Source: Minisyncoccota bacterium (lineage in GTDB: Bacteria > Patescibacteriota > Minisyncoccia > Phycocordibacterales > UBA918). From it: a stretch of DNA of 64,000 nucleotides. The stretch covers positions 6,553-70,552 of the forward strand of contig JALHRC010000003.1 in the NCBI GenBank assembly GCA_022841645.1, read 5' to 3'. Made by a program: the position numbers and the translations under genes. The notes below the pieces were generated by a model, which worked only from the letters and a program-made list of their open reading frames with translations, was not told the DNA's origin and did not search any database. Shown here in pieces: positions 19,206 to 29,668 of this stretch (position 1 is the stretch's first letter; every line of letters begins with the position of its first letter).

Positions 19206-19289
19206 AATTCGTGGCAAGTATACTCGATTTACACACTATTTCAACTAGAACGTCCGCAAACTTTTTATTACATTGTAGATGTAGTTTGT

Positions 19290-19329
19290 AAAAGTAAGAG
19301 CTACCTCTAGAGGTAGCTCTTACTTTTTT
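19290..19329. terminator. bidirectional terminator hairpin
   Basis: AAAAGTAAGAGCTACCTC-TAGA-GAGGTAGCTCTTACTTTTTT downstream of Hsp20 gene. Confidence 0.7.
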
Positions 19330-19344
19330 ACGCCGTAAGAATTG

Positions 19345-19848
19345 CTACTTCTGCACCACGTTGCTCTTCACCCGCAACTGCGTGCTGCGCTGCTTGTCGA
19401 GCTTGGGGAGGCGAATCTCCAGGAGACCGTGCTTCTCTTGGGCCTCAGCTTCGTCAATCACAATTTCTTCGGGAAGCAGCACTGAACGTGAGAAGCTGCC
19501 CCAAAAGAGCTCGCGGTTTTGGTAGTTGTCGTCATGAGTTTCCTGGAATTCTTCGCGGACGCCGCGGATGGTGACCATATCGCGGGTGATCGCAATATCA
19601 AGATCGGTAGGGGCAACACCAGCTACGAGCGCCCGAATCACAATGGCGTCGCTGGTCTGGTACATGTCGATGGGGAGCTCACCCTCCTGGGGGGCGCGGG
19701 TGCCTGAGGCGGCGTCGTTTTCCCACGTGTCGGCTTCTTCGTGCTCGTCGGCTTCATCACCAAAGCGGTGATTCTCATCGAGAATTTTATCATAGTCGGT
19801 ATCTGGGGCACTGCCCGTGAGTCGTTCGAGGAATGAGGGTTTTTTCAT
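19345..19848 (-). CDS. Hsp20/alpha-crystallin family small heat shock protein
   Basis: 167 aa; ACD region with C-terminal GLLEIRLPK. Confidence 0.8.
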   Translation of the reverse strand: MKKPSFLERLTGSAPDTDYDKILDENHRFGDEADEHEEADTWENDAASGTRAPQEGELPIDMYQTSDAIVIRALVAGVAPTDLDIAITRDMVTIRGVREEFQETHDDNYQNRELFWGSFSRSVLLPEEIVIDEAEAQEKHGLLEIRLPKLDKQRSTQLRVKSNVVQK

Positions 19849-20570
19849 GAGCGTGGTACCGAGTTAGTGTGGGCTGATTCGATCAATTTTACTTTTTCAA
19901 AGAGAAGAAACAGAACAATGATGCCGAGCCAGACAAACAGGAAGACCCCGAGGGTTGCCTCTCCACTTGCATCAATTATAAAAAAGTTAAAGAGCGCATG
20001 CAATACGATAGCAATGAACAACCCAACCGTGGCGTAGGCGAGGCGGACCAGCGGTGGGCGATAAAAAGCGAGCGCGAGCGCCATTCCTACGGTGCCGGAA
20101 GCGAGGACGTGCAGCAAGGTGGCACCCAAGAAGCGGAAACTGCCAAACAGCGCTGTTTCCACGAAGGCACCTTCACCGAGGGGGCGGAACATAAAGAGAG
20201 CGTTTTCGAGTGCCGCAAAGCCGAGCGCGATCACTATCAGGTAGATCACCATATCAATTGGTTCGTCGACTTCGCGGTGCCAGAGAATAACAATGAGCGC
20301 CGCCGTGTACTTGAGTACTTCCTCGATAATTACCCAGAGCGTCATGAGGTTGTCGCCAGCCGGGTAGCAGGCACCGGCCTGCAGGAGGTCGCAGGCAAAT
20401 TTTTGTAAAGGGAGCGCGAGCGGCACCACCAACATGCCGGCGATGAAGGTAATGGCAATAAGCAGGTATGGTTCCGGTCGAGCACGGTCTTCACGTAGCC
20501 AAAACCACAACCAAAACAATGCGGGAATAAGCCCGCCTAAAAAAGCAATTGCAAACGTGGTAGCGTCCAC
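19845..20570 (-). CDS. PrsW-family intramembrane metalloprotease
   Basis: EEVLKYTAAL, GFAALENALFMF, HVLASGTVGMALA motifs; 241 aa polytopic; GTG start. Confidence 0.6.
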   Translation of the reverse strand: MDATTFAIAFLGGLIPALFWLWFWLREDRARPEPYLLIAITFIAGMLVVPLALPLQKFACDLLQAGACYPAGDNLMTLWVIIEEVLKYTAALIVILWHREVDEPIDMVIYLIVIALGFAALENALFMFRPLGEGAFVETALFGSFRFLGATLLHVLASGTVGMALALAFYRPPLVRLAYATVGLFIAIVLHALFNFFIIDASGEATLGVFLFVWLGIIVLFLLFEKVKLIESAHTNSVPRS

Positions 20571-20584
20571 GAGGGTATTGTACC

Positions 20585-20616
20585 AAGCGTAGCGGCCCCC
20601 TGGGGCCGCTACGCTT
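20585..20616. repeat. palindromic hairpin containing the CGCTACGCTT 10-mer
   Basis: AAGCGTAGCGGCCCC-CT-GGGGCCGCTACGCTT; shares the recurrent CGCTACGCT block with the repeat family. Confidence 0.5.
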
Positions 20617-20648
20617 GCCTCTGTGGGGACGAAAAAGCCGCCTCTCCC

Positions 20649-20677
20649 TAAACCCTTCGGTTAACCGAAGGGTTTTT
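20649..20677. terminator. bidirectional terminator
   Basis: AAACCCTTCGG-TTAA-CCGAAGGGTTTTT. Confidence 0.65.
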
Positions 20678-20710
20678 AGGAAGTTGCAGGAAGTTTCTTG
20701 GGGAGCTTTC

Positions 20711-20790
20711 CGTGGACACTTCGCTACCATTAAGCAGAAACAAGAAGCCGTAGGCGACTATGTTTTGCTTATGCGGCCGCCTCAAACACT
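20711..20790 (+). repeat. degenerate copy (E) of the structured repeat family
   Basis: CGTGGACACTTCGCTACCATTAAG ... ATGTTTTGCTTATGCGGCCGCCTCA, compare with GTGGTCAC..TTCGCTACGCTCATAAG..ATGCCTGCGGCCGTCACC in copy C1. Confidence 0.35.
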
Positions 20791-20936
20791 ACCGTTACTT
20801 TCGTCGCTTTGATGCTCGAAAGTAACGAAGTGTTTGCCTAATCAAAATATGTTCGTGCTCCGCACTCACTATTTCTGTTCATCACTACCTTTGAACAGCA
20901 AAGTGATAAAAGTGGTGGCGGCGAGCCGCCAGTATA

Positions 20937-23162
20937 TTATTGTGGCCATTTCGCTACCATCAACATTTCCGCATCTTTCATATGTGTCGGCAACTCCTGC
21001 CAAATTGCTTCGGTCACAAACGGCATGAAAGGGTGAAGAAGCTTGAGTGAAGTGATGAGACATTCGGCCAGTACTGCTTGGCGGGCAGTCTTGGCGCCTT
21101 CGTCCGTACCATTAATTATAGGTTTTGATTCTTCAAGGATTTTGTCAGCCAGCTCATGCCAGATGTAGTGGTAGGTTTTTTCAGCGGCGAGGTGGAGCGA
21201 GAATTTTTCCAGATCGTCAGACACCTCAGCTACTACGGCGTGGAGAGTAGAAAGGATCTCCTCGTCACTGGCATTTTTTGTACCGGTGGAGCTGGGTGTA
21301 TAGCCATCGAGTGCAGTCAGGGTGAAGCGGGTGATGTTCCAGAGTTTATTGGCAAAGTGCTTGTAGCCCTTAGTCTTTTGTTCTGATAGTGGCACGTCAT
21401 TCCCTGGTGCTGCGCCAATGATAAGTGAAAGACGTACGGCGTCAGCACCATACTTGGCGATCATATCGAGAGGGTCGATGATATTGCCAAGACTCTTGCT
21501 CATTTTGCGATTCTTTTCGTCACGCACCAGGCCATGAAGATAGACGTTTTTAAAGGGCACCTGACCAGTGAGGAAGGTGGACATAAGTACCATGCGGGCT
21601 ACCCAGAAAAACAATATGTCGTAACCGGTTTCGAGGACGGTGGTGGGATGGTAGTTTTTGAGGTCGGCAGTTTCCTCTGGCCAACCGAGGGTCGAGAAAG
21701 TCCACAATCCCGAAGAGAACCAGGTGTCGAGGGTATCGAGGTCCTGCTGCCAGCCGTCGCCTGAAGGAGGTACTACATCGCAGTAAATCTCACCATTCTT
21801 ATACCAGACGGGAATGCGGTGACCATACCAAATTTGCCGCGAAATACACCAGTCGCGGAGATTCCCGATCCAGTGGTAGTACACGCGTTTAAAGCGCTCG
21901 GGGAAGATGTCGACACCACCGTGCTCGACGGCGGCGGTCATGAGCTCTTTGAGTGTTACTTCACTTCCCGAGGTAACGCCAGGAATTTCTGAGTGGGGGA
22001 GGACAAACTTCTTATTTACATCAATGAACCATTGCTCTTTGATCTGCGGTTCGATGGTGCCACCGCCACGGCTGTTGGTGGCCACGTTATGGACGTACTT
22101 CTCTTCGATTTTTTCCACTAGGCCTTTCTGCTGAAGTTTCTCGATGATAGCAGCTCGCGCTTTCTTAATGTGCTGGCCGGCAAATTCACCAGCAACCGGA
22201 AGCAACAGACCTTTTTCGTCGATTATTTGTTCTTTGTCGAGTCCGTGCCGCTCAGCAATCTCAAAGTCCGTGGCGTCATGCCACGGGGTGATAGTCATGA
22301 CACCGGTGCCGAATTCACGGTCGATTGAATCGTCCTTGATGACTGTGGCGGTAATTGGACCATTAATCCACTCGAGTTCTATCTGCTGGCCCTGGGTGTA
22401 GTCCTTATAGCGCTCATCGTCCGGATGCATTACCACGTACTTATCGCCAAACTTAGTCTCAGGCCGCGCGGTACCAATGACAAACGGCCCGTACTTAAGG
22501 TAATAGAACTGGTCGGTTTGTTCGACGTGATCAATTTCGTCATCGGAGACGGTAGTCTGCATTTTGGGATCCCAATTGACGATACGGGCGCCGCGGTAGA
22601 TGAGCCCGGCCTCAAACATTCGTTTAAAGGCAGTCATTACGGCGTGGTAGCGAGTGCCGTCAAGGGTGAAGGCATAGCGTGACCAGTCGAGACTCGAACC
22701 CATTTTTTTAGTTTGGCCGATGATGGTGTTTTTGCTTTCCTCAGCAAATTCGTAGACGAGTTTAAGAAACTCTTCGCGACCCAGGTCGTGGCGGGTTTTG
22801 CCCTCCTTCTTGTACAGTTCGCTTTCGACCTTCGATTGCGTCGCAATAGCTGCCGAGTCAGTACCGGGAATCCACAATGTGCGCTTACCTTGCATGCGGG
22901 CGTAGCGAACAAGTATGTCCTCGACGGCGAGCATGGCGGCGTGTCCCATGTGAAGGGTGCCAGTGACATTGGGAGGCGGCAGGACAATCGAGAAGGTGGG
23001 GGCGTCCGCGGCAGCAATTCCTTTCTCTATACAAACATCAGGATTGAAAAAATCGCTTTGCTCCCACATGGCGTAGAGGCGATCTTCGTGACCTGCTGGG
23101 TCGTAGGGCTTTAGAAAAACCTCGGGGATGGCGGGTGCGGCGGGTGTGGGGGTGTCACTCAT
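20937..23162 (-). CDS. valS: valine--tRNA ligase, short form lacking C-terminal coiled coil
   Basis: HMGHAAMLAVEDILVRYARMQGK (HIGH), KMSKSLGN (KMSKS); 741 aa. Confidence 0.95.
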   Translation of the reverse strand: MSDTPTPAAPAIPEVFLKPYDPAGHEDRLYAMWEQSDFFNPDVCIEKGIAAADAPTFSIVLPPPNVTGTLHMGHAAMLAVEDILVRYARMQGKRTLWIPGTDSAAIATQSKVESELYKKEGKTRHDLGREEFLKLVYEFAEESKNTIIGQTKKMGSSLDWSRYAFTLDGTRYHAVMTAFKRMFEAGLIYRGARIVNWDPKMQTTVSDDEIDHVEQTDQFYYLKYGPFVIGTARPETKFGDKYVVMHPDDERYKDYTQGQQIELEWINGPITATVIKDDSIDREFGTGVMTITPWHDATDFEIAERHGLDKEQIIDEKGLLLPVAGEFAGQHIKKARAAIIEKLQQKGLVEKIEEKYVHNVATNSRGGGTIEPQIKEQWFIDVNKKFVLPHSEIPGVTSGSEVTLKELMTAAVEHGGVDIFPERFKRVYYHWIGNLRDWCISRQIWYGHRIPVWYKNGEIYCDVVPPSGDGWQQDLDTLDTWFSSGLWTFSTLGWPEETADLKNYHPTTVLETGYDILFFWVARMVLMSTFLTGQVPFKNVYLHGLVRDEKNRKMSKSLGNIIDPLDMIAKYGADAVRLSLIIGAAPGNDVPLSEQKTKGYKHFANKLWNITRFTLTALDGYTPSSTGTKNASDEEILSTLHAVVAEVSDDLEKFSLHLAAEKTYHYIWHELADKILEESKPIINGTDEGAKTARQAVLAECLITSLKLLHPFMPFVTEAIWQELPTHMKDAEMLMVAKWPQ

Positions 23163-23224
23163 AAAGATAACGATTAGAAACGCATCGTAGCACGAAAAAG
23201 CACCGTCTTGAAGGCTCTTCGCAC

Positions 23225-24403
23225 TTACTCTGGCAATCGGTCGTGGGATGATTTGTTGCCGAAGGCGCGCATGTCGCGAGCAACCTCAGGACTCATTTTT
23301 TCTTCCAGGTGGGCGTGCCCAGCGAGTGCAATCATCACGCTGTTGTCGGTCGAGAGAGTGATCTCGGGCAGGTAGACGGCGAGGTCGGGGAAGTGAAGTG
23401 GGGTAGCGAGCGCCGCGACGCTTTCGCGGAGGCGCTGATTGGCGGCTACGCCGCCGCCCACGATGACACTTTCAGCAGCGTGCGTCTCCACCGCCTTTGC
23501 CAGTTTCGCCACCAATACTTCAATAGCAGCGTCTTCAAAATCACGCGCGAGCGCGCTTACCTCGTCGTCGGTGAGCGCACGGTCGGCAATAGTGTAACGG
23601 ACGGCGGTTTTGAGACCAGAAAAGGAAAAGTCGAGATCGGGTGAGGTGAGCATGGGGCGCGGCAGTTCGGCAAAGCGCGGAAGGTTCGCTGCGCGTGCTG
23701 CCTTGGCACGGCGACTGATCTGTGGTCCACCTGGATACGGGAGACCGAGAAGACGCGCGACTTTATCAAACGCTTCGCCCACAGCGTCGTCGCGCGTGCG
23801 ACCAAGGAGTTCGTAGTGCCCCCAGTCTTTCATAAGGAGTAGCTCCGTATGGCCACCAGAAACCAGGAGAGCAATGGTGGGGAAGGAAAGGGCCGCGAGG
23901 CGCTGTCCATCAAAGATGGAAGCTAGCACATGTCCTTCCATGTGATTTACCGCTACCACCGGCACATTCCACAGCTGAGCGAGCGCTTTGGCAAAATTTA
24001 CCCCTACCCATAGTGCCGGTTCGAGGCCGGGGCCACTCGTGACTGCAATGGCGTCGATGGGGAGCTTTCCGTGCTCGCGGTGGAAGGTGAGGAGGGTGTC
24101 CGCGAGTCCCTCTTCACGCAGGAGGAGTTCTTTGACGGCAGCTTCGTCGGCCGGGCTGTCGGGCACCTTAGTGCCCGACAGCCCGGCCTCACGGAGCGCC
24201 TTCTCAAACACCGGTACGATTGTGGCAATATGCTCGCGTTTGGCGAGCATCGGTACCACACCTCCATAGGCGCGGTGATCGTCCATTTGCGACCACAGCG
24301 CGTTTCCTAAGACCGTGTAGGTAGCGCTCGGGAAGTCGCCTACGGCCTCCACGATGCTGATCGCGGTCTCGTCGCAGCTTGTTTCGATGGAAAGCAGTAA
24401 CAT
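23225..24403 (-). CDS. tsaD: tRNA N6-adenosine threonylcarbamoyltransferase TsaD (Kae1/Gcp) with about 45-aa C-terminal extension
   Basis: MLLLSIETSCDETAISIV N-terminus, HMEGHVLA metal site, 392 aa. Confidence 0.9.
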   Translation of the reverse strand: MLLLSIETSCDETAISIVEAVGDFPSATYTVLGNALWSQMDDHRAYGGVVPMLAKREHIATIVPVFEKALREAGLSGTKVPDSPADEAAVKELLLREEGLADTLLTFHREHGKLPIDAIAVTSGPGLEPALWVGVNFAKALAQLWNVPVVAVNHMEGHVLASIFDGQRLAALSFPTIALLVSGGHTELLLMKDWGHYELLGRTRDDAVGEAFDKVARLLGLPYPGGPQISRRAKAARAANLPRFAELPRPMLTSPDLDFSFSGLKTAVRYTIADRALTDDEVSALARDFEDAAIEVLVAKLAKAVETHAAESVIVGGGVAANQRLRESVAALATPLHFPDLAVYLPEITLSTDNSVMIALAGHAHLEEKMSPEVARDMRAFGNKSSHDRLPE

Positions 24404-24414
24404 GGTGTACTAGT

Positions 24415-25287
24415 CTACATTCCAATTTTCCACGTACCCTTTTCTAAAAAGGCTTCAATGGTCTGCCGTTTTGCCTTGTTGATGAGATTGGGGTGAGAGA
24501 GCCGTTTGCTTTTTGCATAACTAGCTAACGTCACAATTTGTTTACCCTCAAGATATGCCAGGTGTCTATGGTAGCTATTACACAGTGCTCGACCGACAAT
24601 GTCTTCCATAACTCGCGTCATACCCGCACGATCATATTCTTTGAATGCCTCATAGTACTGTGTGCGCTCCATGAATTTTATATTGATGGGTACGTACCCG
24701 TCACGAATGAGAAGGTAGTTGTTCATTACACGTCCGATGCGGCCGTTGCCGTCGACAAAAGGGTGGAGGTGCTCAAACGCTAAGTGTAGTCGCGCTATGC
24801 GAGCAATGATGTGTGAGGCCGTGTCGCCCCTGTAGGTAGCGAGAATATCGTGCATGGTAGGTAGGAGCGTCTTTGGGTCGGGTGCGATGTGGGTACCGAC
24901 ACGCACGTACTCGTTAGGTTGGCGGAAACGACCGGCAATATCTTTACTGATGTTTCCGAGCAGCATTTCATGTAGTGATAGAAGAAGTGTTGTATCGAGC
25001 TCTCGAGCTGGTGCCTGCTTTTCAACATATTCCATTACTCGCGCTAAATTCTTGGCCTCAAATAATTCCCGCTCCGACACGTAGCGACTTAATTCGAGCT
25101 CGAGCAAGATTTTTTCGGTTTCTTCCAGCGTCAAGGTGCTATTTTCGATAGCGTTTGAGTTGTAAACATGGTCTGCTACTTCGGCCTCGCGCAATAGGAC
25201 GACCAAGGCCTCTTTGCCAGTTATTGCGCGGTGGTACCGAAGGCGTAGCGTGTCGACCAGCTTAGCGAGTTTCAAAAGTTTTTTCAC
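24415..25287 (-). CDS. Fic family protein
   Basis: Fic motif HPFVDGNGRIGR. Confidence 0.85.
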   Translation of the reverse strand: MKKLLKLAKLVDTLRLRYHRAITGKEALVVLLREAEVADHVYNSNAIENSTLTLEETEKILLELELSRYVSERELFEAKNLARVMEYVEKQAPARELDTTLLLSLHEMLLGNISKDIAGRFRQPNEYVRVGTHIAPDPKTLLPTMHDILATYRGDTASHIIARIARLHLAFEHLHPFVDGNGRIGRVMNNYLLIRDGYVPINIKFMERTQYYEAFKEYDRAGMTRVMEDIVGRALCNSYHRHLAYLEGKQIVTLASYAKSKRLSHPNLINKAKRQTIEAFLEKGTWKIGM

Positions 25288-25499
25288 CCACTAAGTATAG
25301 CATATCTTAACGATTTTAGCAACTCAAACCGTTAAAAACAACAAAAAAGGTGCTATTTTAACGAATTTAGTGATTTTTTCATGAAAATTTAATGGGGACA
25401 TGACATCGAGTCATAGTGTACCTACTGCTAGCAGAACGCCCTGGTACCCCCGCGTGCTACCCGGCTCTGCTCTACTGTGGGGTGAGCTCGTCAGATGTT

Positions 25500-26345
25500 T
25501 TACACAAAAGTAAATGGTAGCTCGTTAAAGTTCTCAACCCGGATGCTGGCCGCGTGCTTGTGACCACCACCACCGAACGTTTCGGCGAGCACCGCCACAT
25601 CAACTTCACCTTCGCTCCGTAGCGAAATATGCACCGCGCCACGATTACGATAGTACACGATACCCAGCGGTGTTTCTCCACTGGCAGCATTTAGTTGTGC
25701 CAGACGGTGACCAACTATTGAGCGGTGCGGCCGCGCGCAGTTCACTGCCCAGGTCTCATGGCCTGCAAAAACCACTCGCTCCCTATAGGTGAGTAGTTCT
25801 TCAACTAATTTATCTGATACCGTTGCTGCCACCTCACCTTTGGCAATAAATTCGTTGAAGAATTTAGCGTTTTCAAAGTTAGTTGCCAGCTCGTCGAAGT
25901 GAGCAAATGTCATTGGTTCAAGAGCCAGAGCGGCACCCACTTCGCGATGGTCGGGCAAGACAAATCGCCACAAGTCTTGATCTTCAATATATAACAGCAG
26001 CTTTGGTACAGGGATTGCGGGGTGAAAATATTGCCAGGCTAGTACTGCTCCAGAGTGATCAAGATCGAAGACATTTTCAGGAAATGCTGTCACCGCCGCT
26101 TCTCCACTCTGGTGATGGTCAATCACAACGACCGAGCGATTTTGTGCGCGTAGTGTGGTGAGCGTAGGGAGGTCAAAGCTGTAGTCGACGATATAGATTT
26201 CCTTATCAATTAGTCCTTTAGGCACTGAGGCTTGGGTGGTGAGGGGAATGTAAGTAGCTTCTTCACCAAACTTCTTCCAGGCTGCATAGGCAGCACCAAA
26301 GCCGTCTTGGCACTGGTCGTGGTAAATGATGACGATGGTGTTCAT
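25500..26345 (-). CDS. DHH-family phosphoesterase (NrnA-like)
   Basis: HDQCQDGFGAAYAAW, VVIDHHQSG (DHH), GGGHKHAASI (DHHA1-like). Confidence 0.65.
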   Translation of the reverse strand: MNTIVIIYHDQCQDGFGAAYAAWKKFGEEATYIPLTTQASVPKGLIDKEIYIVDYSFDLPTLTTLRAQNRSVVVIDHHQSGEAAVTAFPENVFDLDHSGAVLAWQYFHPAIPVPKLLLYIEDQDLWRFVLPDHREVGAALALEPMTFAHFDELATNFENAKFFNEFIAKGEVAATVSDKLVEELLTYRERVVFAGHETWAVNCARPHRSIVGHRLAQLNAASGETPLGIVYYRNRGAVHISLRSEGEVDVAVLAETFGGGGHKHAASIRVENFNELPFTFV

Positions 26346-26411
26346 GTTCCAAAGCGTACTGCCTTGGTGAAGCTATGGCAACAGGGTGCCAGAGGCCCGG
26401 ACCTAGGAACC

Positions 26412-26825
26412 TCATTTCCCCGCCCAGTAGCCACGGAATATTTGGATAAGTGAGCCGAGGGTGAAAACTCCATACACGAGACCGAGTGCTACAAACTCAA
26501 ACAACGCATCAATGTCTCCAATGTATGAGGCGCTGTCGTCACGGAGTACACCAAAGTTGACTGCTGCCACCAGTAGAAATGAAATGGGTAACGCGTATTT
26601 TGCAAATCGCCACCAGTACTGAAAAGATGTGTGAGATCGCAATGTAATGAGGCAGAGCATCAAAACTAATGGAAAAAAATAAAATATGTGTTCAATTGTG
26701 TCATAGGTTGTTCGGCAATCAATTTGTGGAGCATCACACAAACCGAAACTAACTGAATTACGTGACACCAAAGCAATCAAAGTTCCTAAAAGAGATAGTC
26801 CGATTACGGTTTTTTGTAACAACAT
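26412..26825 (-). CDS. hypothetical membrane protein
   Basis: 137 aa, about 4 TM, AT-richer codon usage. Confidence 0.3.
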   Translation of the reverse strand: MLLQKTVIGLSLLGTLIALVSRNSVSFGLCDAPQIDCRTTYDTIEHIFYFFPLVLMLCLITLRSHTSFQYWWRFAKYALPISFLLVAAVNFGVLRDDSASYIGDIDALFEFVALGLVYGVFTLGSLIQIFRGYWAGK

Positions 26826-26833
26826 ATTTAAAA

Positions 26834-29524
26834 TTATATTTCGCTTAATAATACATCAACCATACGGATTGCTTCCTGCGACAAGTCTGGGGCCAATAGT
26901 CCACTGTCTCTGTAGGATATGACGAGGAGACGGAAGGCAGTAAGCACATTACGCTCCTGAAGGCGAGCAAAAGTAGGCTGGAGGGACCGTCGTTGTCGAT
27001 TGTATTCACCTAATCTCAGCGTACTAACAAGTCTATTCTTTTCTAGTGTCGGCAAGGTAAGGGTATTTACGAACGCCAGCGCGACAGGATAGGTCACTAC
27101 CACCCCGTTAGTGTTGTAGTGGCGATCAGTGACGCCATTTCCATCATAATCTACCGAAAGTACCACTGGCGACAGACCGGGGGAGATCGCGGCTATTACC
27201 ACGGTGTTGGTGGCCGAGGGAACCCCCGAAAAAGTTTGCCGCTTTTTAAGTTCATTACCTTCGTGTAGTTCAATATCAAGCGTAAATGAACCTTGGGCGT
27301 AACCACGGAGCTCAAGGATGATATCAGGTATGTCGGCCGGTAATGATATGTACTGCAATTCACCAAAACGACGATAAGTAGCATTTGGGATGTCGACAGT
27401 AGAACTACTCACCTCACCTTCACTAGTTACAATCGACAAATCTAGTGGGGAGTGGAGCTGGAAAGTAAGGCGTGAAAATCCTGTAAAATCAGGTTGTGTT
27501 TTGGTGAGGTAATTGTATGTTTCATCAAAACTAGCACTATTAATAGTATTTTCTACGAAACTTATAAGGTCGACCACTTCAAGAATATTTGAATGCTTTC
27601 TGTTTGGTGCATTGTCGTCGTTATACTCAAAGAGATTCAACCACCATCTCTCGACATTATTACCAGTTAATGCAAGTGCACTCGGAGTAACTACTGTCTC
27701 GTCGCCATCGATCACTGTTCGTATTTGAGGCCGGACCTCCCATAGGTACTGAATACAAGTGCCAGAAATAAACTTCGCGCAAACTCGTACTGTAGTGTAC
27801 GTAATTTTAGCCGGTGTCGATAGTCCTACCCCAGCAATTTGGTAGACTTCTAATGTCTGCGGTGGCTGCCAAGCAGCTTGTTTTTCTTCAATTTCCCGTG
27901 CATAGGCCAAAAGCTCATCGTTTAATAGCTGCGGTGTAACCAGGTCTTGGTCTAGTGCCCGAGAACGACCACTGCTGCTACCAAGAAAACGATGGAGAGT
28001 AGATCGGTCAGTAATGTCACCGTAGTCGTCACGCCAGGCAGTGGTAGATGCTCCTGCCTCAAAGTCTATAACCGGAGTGGAAACGCTGCCACCCTGACCA
28101 TCAAAATATTCCTGATTAGGAAGTAAATGATACCCCATTGGCATGTTAGTGAGGAGCCGGCGTGACATTTCTTCATCGAGTACAAAACCGAGACCAAGAT
28201 CAGTGCCGTGAAGAAGAGATATTAGAGCTTCCGGCGTCCCCACCTGTGGTACGGCAACAAGAATCAGATTATCAATCTTGGCAAGCAGCGGATCATTCGC
28301 TTCTTCAAGTTCAATCAAAAACTGCTTTGCCACCAATCCCCCGTTTGAATGTGCCACCAGGGTTACCTTGCTTGAGAGCGATGTGGATGCTAAAGCGGCC
28401 AAGGTTTTATAGAGATGTTGCTCGCGGAGCGGCAAGTCTCGCCGCGACAATAGTTGGTCAGTGGTGGCTGCGCGCCATGATAGCAATGTGTCCGATAACT
28501 TGAGGCGCCAATCGTACGGCACAATAGCGTAATCAGCGATTATACCTTCACCTCGCCAGTCATCAAGCGAATTGACGAAGGATTTATAGTAATTAAGTGT
28601 GTAGGCTTCGTCCACGAGTCCCCGCCGCCCGACATACGTGTACAGAGGGTTAATTGATTCTCCCGCACTGCTCATCGACATTCGTGCCTGGAAACATTCG
28701 TTGCTATCTACCCAAACTTCGTGTTCTTCCCCATCGGCTGCGCAGGCGTTGGTTACCTCAAACAACCGCGACCCCATTACGCCTGGCAAAAACAGCACAC
28801 TCGACGCACCGGTCGGCGAGGGCTCTTCGGGCGCCAAAGTGAAAGTAAGCGTAGTTACCCTGTTTGGTAGGTGCCCATGAGCGTGAGCAGTAGCGACAAG
28901 CCACTCCCACCAAGGCCGTCTATGCTCGACGTTGTAAATCATCGATTCAACAACAACCATTGTGTAGGTGCCAGCAAGTAGTGGCGGTTGAGGGTGGGTG
29001 AGGCTGTAGAGGTAATCGAGTAAATCGCCATAGCGGTTGGAACTTTCTTCGTCGTCAGGAAACGGCTCACTGTCATTGTTAAGAAAGGCTTCAATGTACG
29101 GAGTAACATCAATTTCTGGCGGAAAAAAGTCGTCTGCAGCAGCGCGGTATTCGGCTTCGGTGTAGGATGGTGGATTCAGCGAAACATAGGTGTAGCTGTT
29201 ACCATCATGTCGGTACACATGGGGCTCAGCAAATGAGTAGGTGGTGTCACTATCGAACTGAAATGCTGTCGTCCCCAACGGAGGAATGAGTACCGTGGCG
29301 CCCTCTTCAACCACCGTTCCCTCAATGCGCAAAACGCCGGGCACCCCTTCATCGGTCACGCCAAACGGATTTTGGCAGTCGGTAATTGGATAGGTGAAAA
29401 TAGCATCTGCGCTAAGGTGGAATTGTGGACCTGTGATAGTGCCACACCCCTCTGCGTGGACGTACGAAACTGGTCCTACAAAAATGAGGAAGATGAGAAC
29501 CGCGACGAAGCGCCAGGTGCTCAT
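26834..29524 (-). CDS. secreted multidomain protein with lipase/esterase-like alpha/beta-hydrolase domain
   Basis: signal peptide; LFLPGVMGSRLFEV (LCAT/PGAP1-like) and nucleophile elbow LVAHSNGGLVA (AHSxG as in Bacillus LipA); 896 aa. Confidence 0.5.
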   Translation of the reverse strand: MSTWRFVAVLIFLIFVGPVSYVHAEGCGTITGPQFHLSADAIFTYPITDCQNPFGVTDEGVPGVLRIEGTVVEEGATVLIPPLGTTAFQFDSDTTYSFAEPHVYRHDGNSYTYVSLNPPSYTEAEYRAAADDFFPPEIDVTPYIEAFLNNDSEPFPDDEESSNRYGDLLDYLYSLTHPQPPLLAGTYTMVVVESMIYNVEHRRPWWEWLVATAHAHGHLPNRVTTLTFTLAPEEPSPTGASSVLFLPGVMGSRLFEVTNACAADGEEHEVWVDSNECFQARMSMSSAGESINPLYTYVGRRGLVDEAYTLNYYKSFVNSLDDWRGEGIIADYAIVPYDWRLKLSDTLLSWRAATTDQLLSRRDLPLREQHLYKTLAALASTSLSSKVTLVAHSNGGLVAKQFLIELEEANDPLLAKIDNLILVAVPQVGTPEALISLLHGTDLGLGFVLDEEMSRRLLTNMPMGYHLLPNQEYFDGQGGSVSTPVIDFEAGASTTAWRDDYGDITDRSTLHRFLGSSSGRSRALDQDLVTPQLLNDELLAYAREIEEKQAAWQPPQTLEVYQIAGVGLSTPAKITYTTVRVCAKFISGTCIQYLWEVRPQIRTVIDGDETVVTPSALALTGNNVERWWLNLFEYNDDNAPNRKHSNILEVVDLISFVENTINSASFDETYNYLTKTQPDFTGFSRLTFQLHSPLDLSIVTSEGEVSSSTVDIPNATYRRFGELQYISLPADIPDIILELRGYAQGSFTLDIELHEGNELKKRQTFSGVPSATNTVVIAAISPGLSPVVLSVDYDGNGVTDRHYNTNGVVVTYPVALAFVNTLTLPTLEKNRLVSTLRLGEYNRQRRSLQPTFARLQERNVLTAFRLLVISYRDSGLLAPDLSQEAIRMVDVLLSEI

Positions 29525-29668
29525 GGAGGTACTTCTAGCGTAACGCCGCCCTACCCGAGCGCAAGGGTAAGTGTGTGGGTAACTTTTTGACTAGACTACT
29601 TTCATAGGTACTGGGAGCAACGTCACTGTCGTGCGACCCTGTGGAAAAGGCTTGATTTATAGTTACTT

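Noticed and set aside
20571-20936. tmRNA or SRP RNA 3' of valS
   Set aside because: Neither the tmRNA tRNA-like ends nor the SRP domain IV motif (GGAAGCAGCC-like) is present. The structure is better explained by the terminator plus repeat-family fragments.
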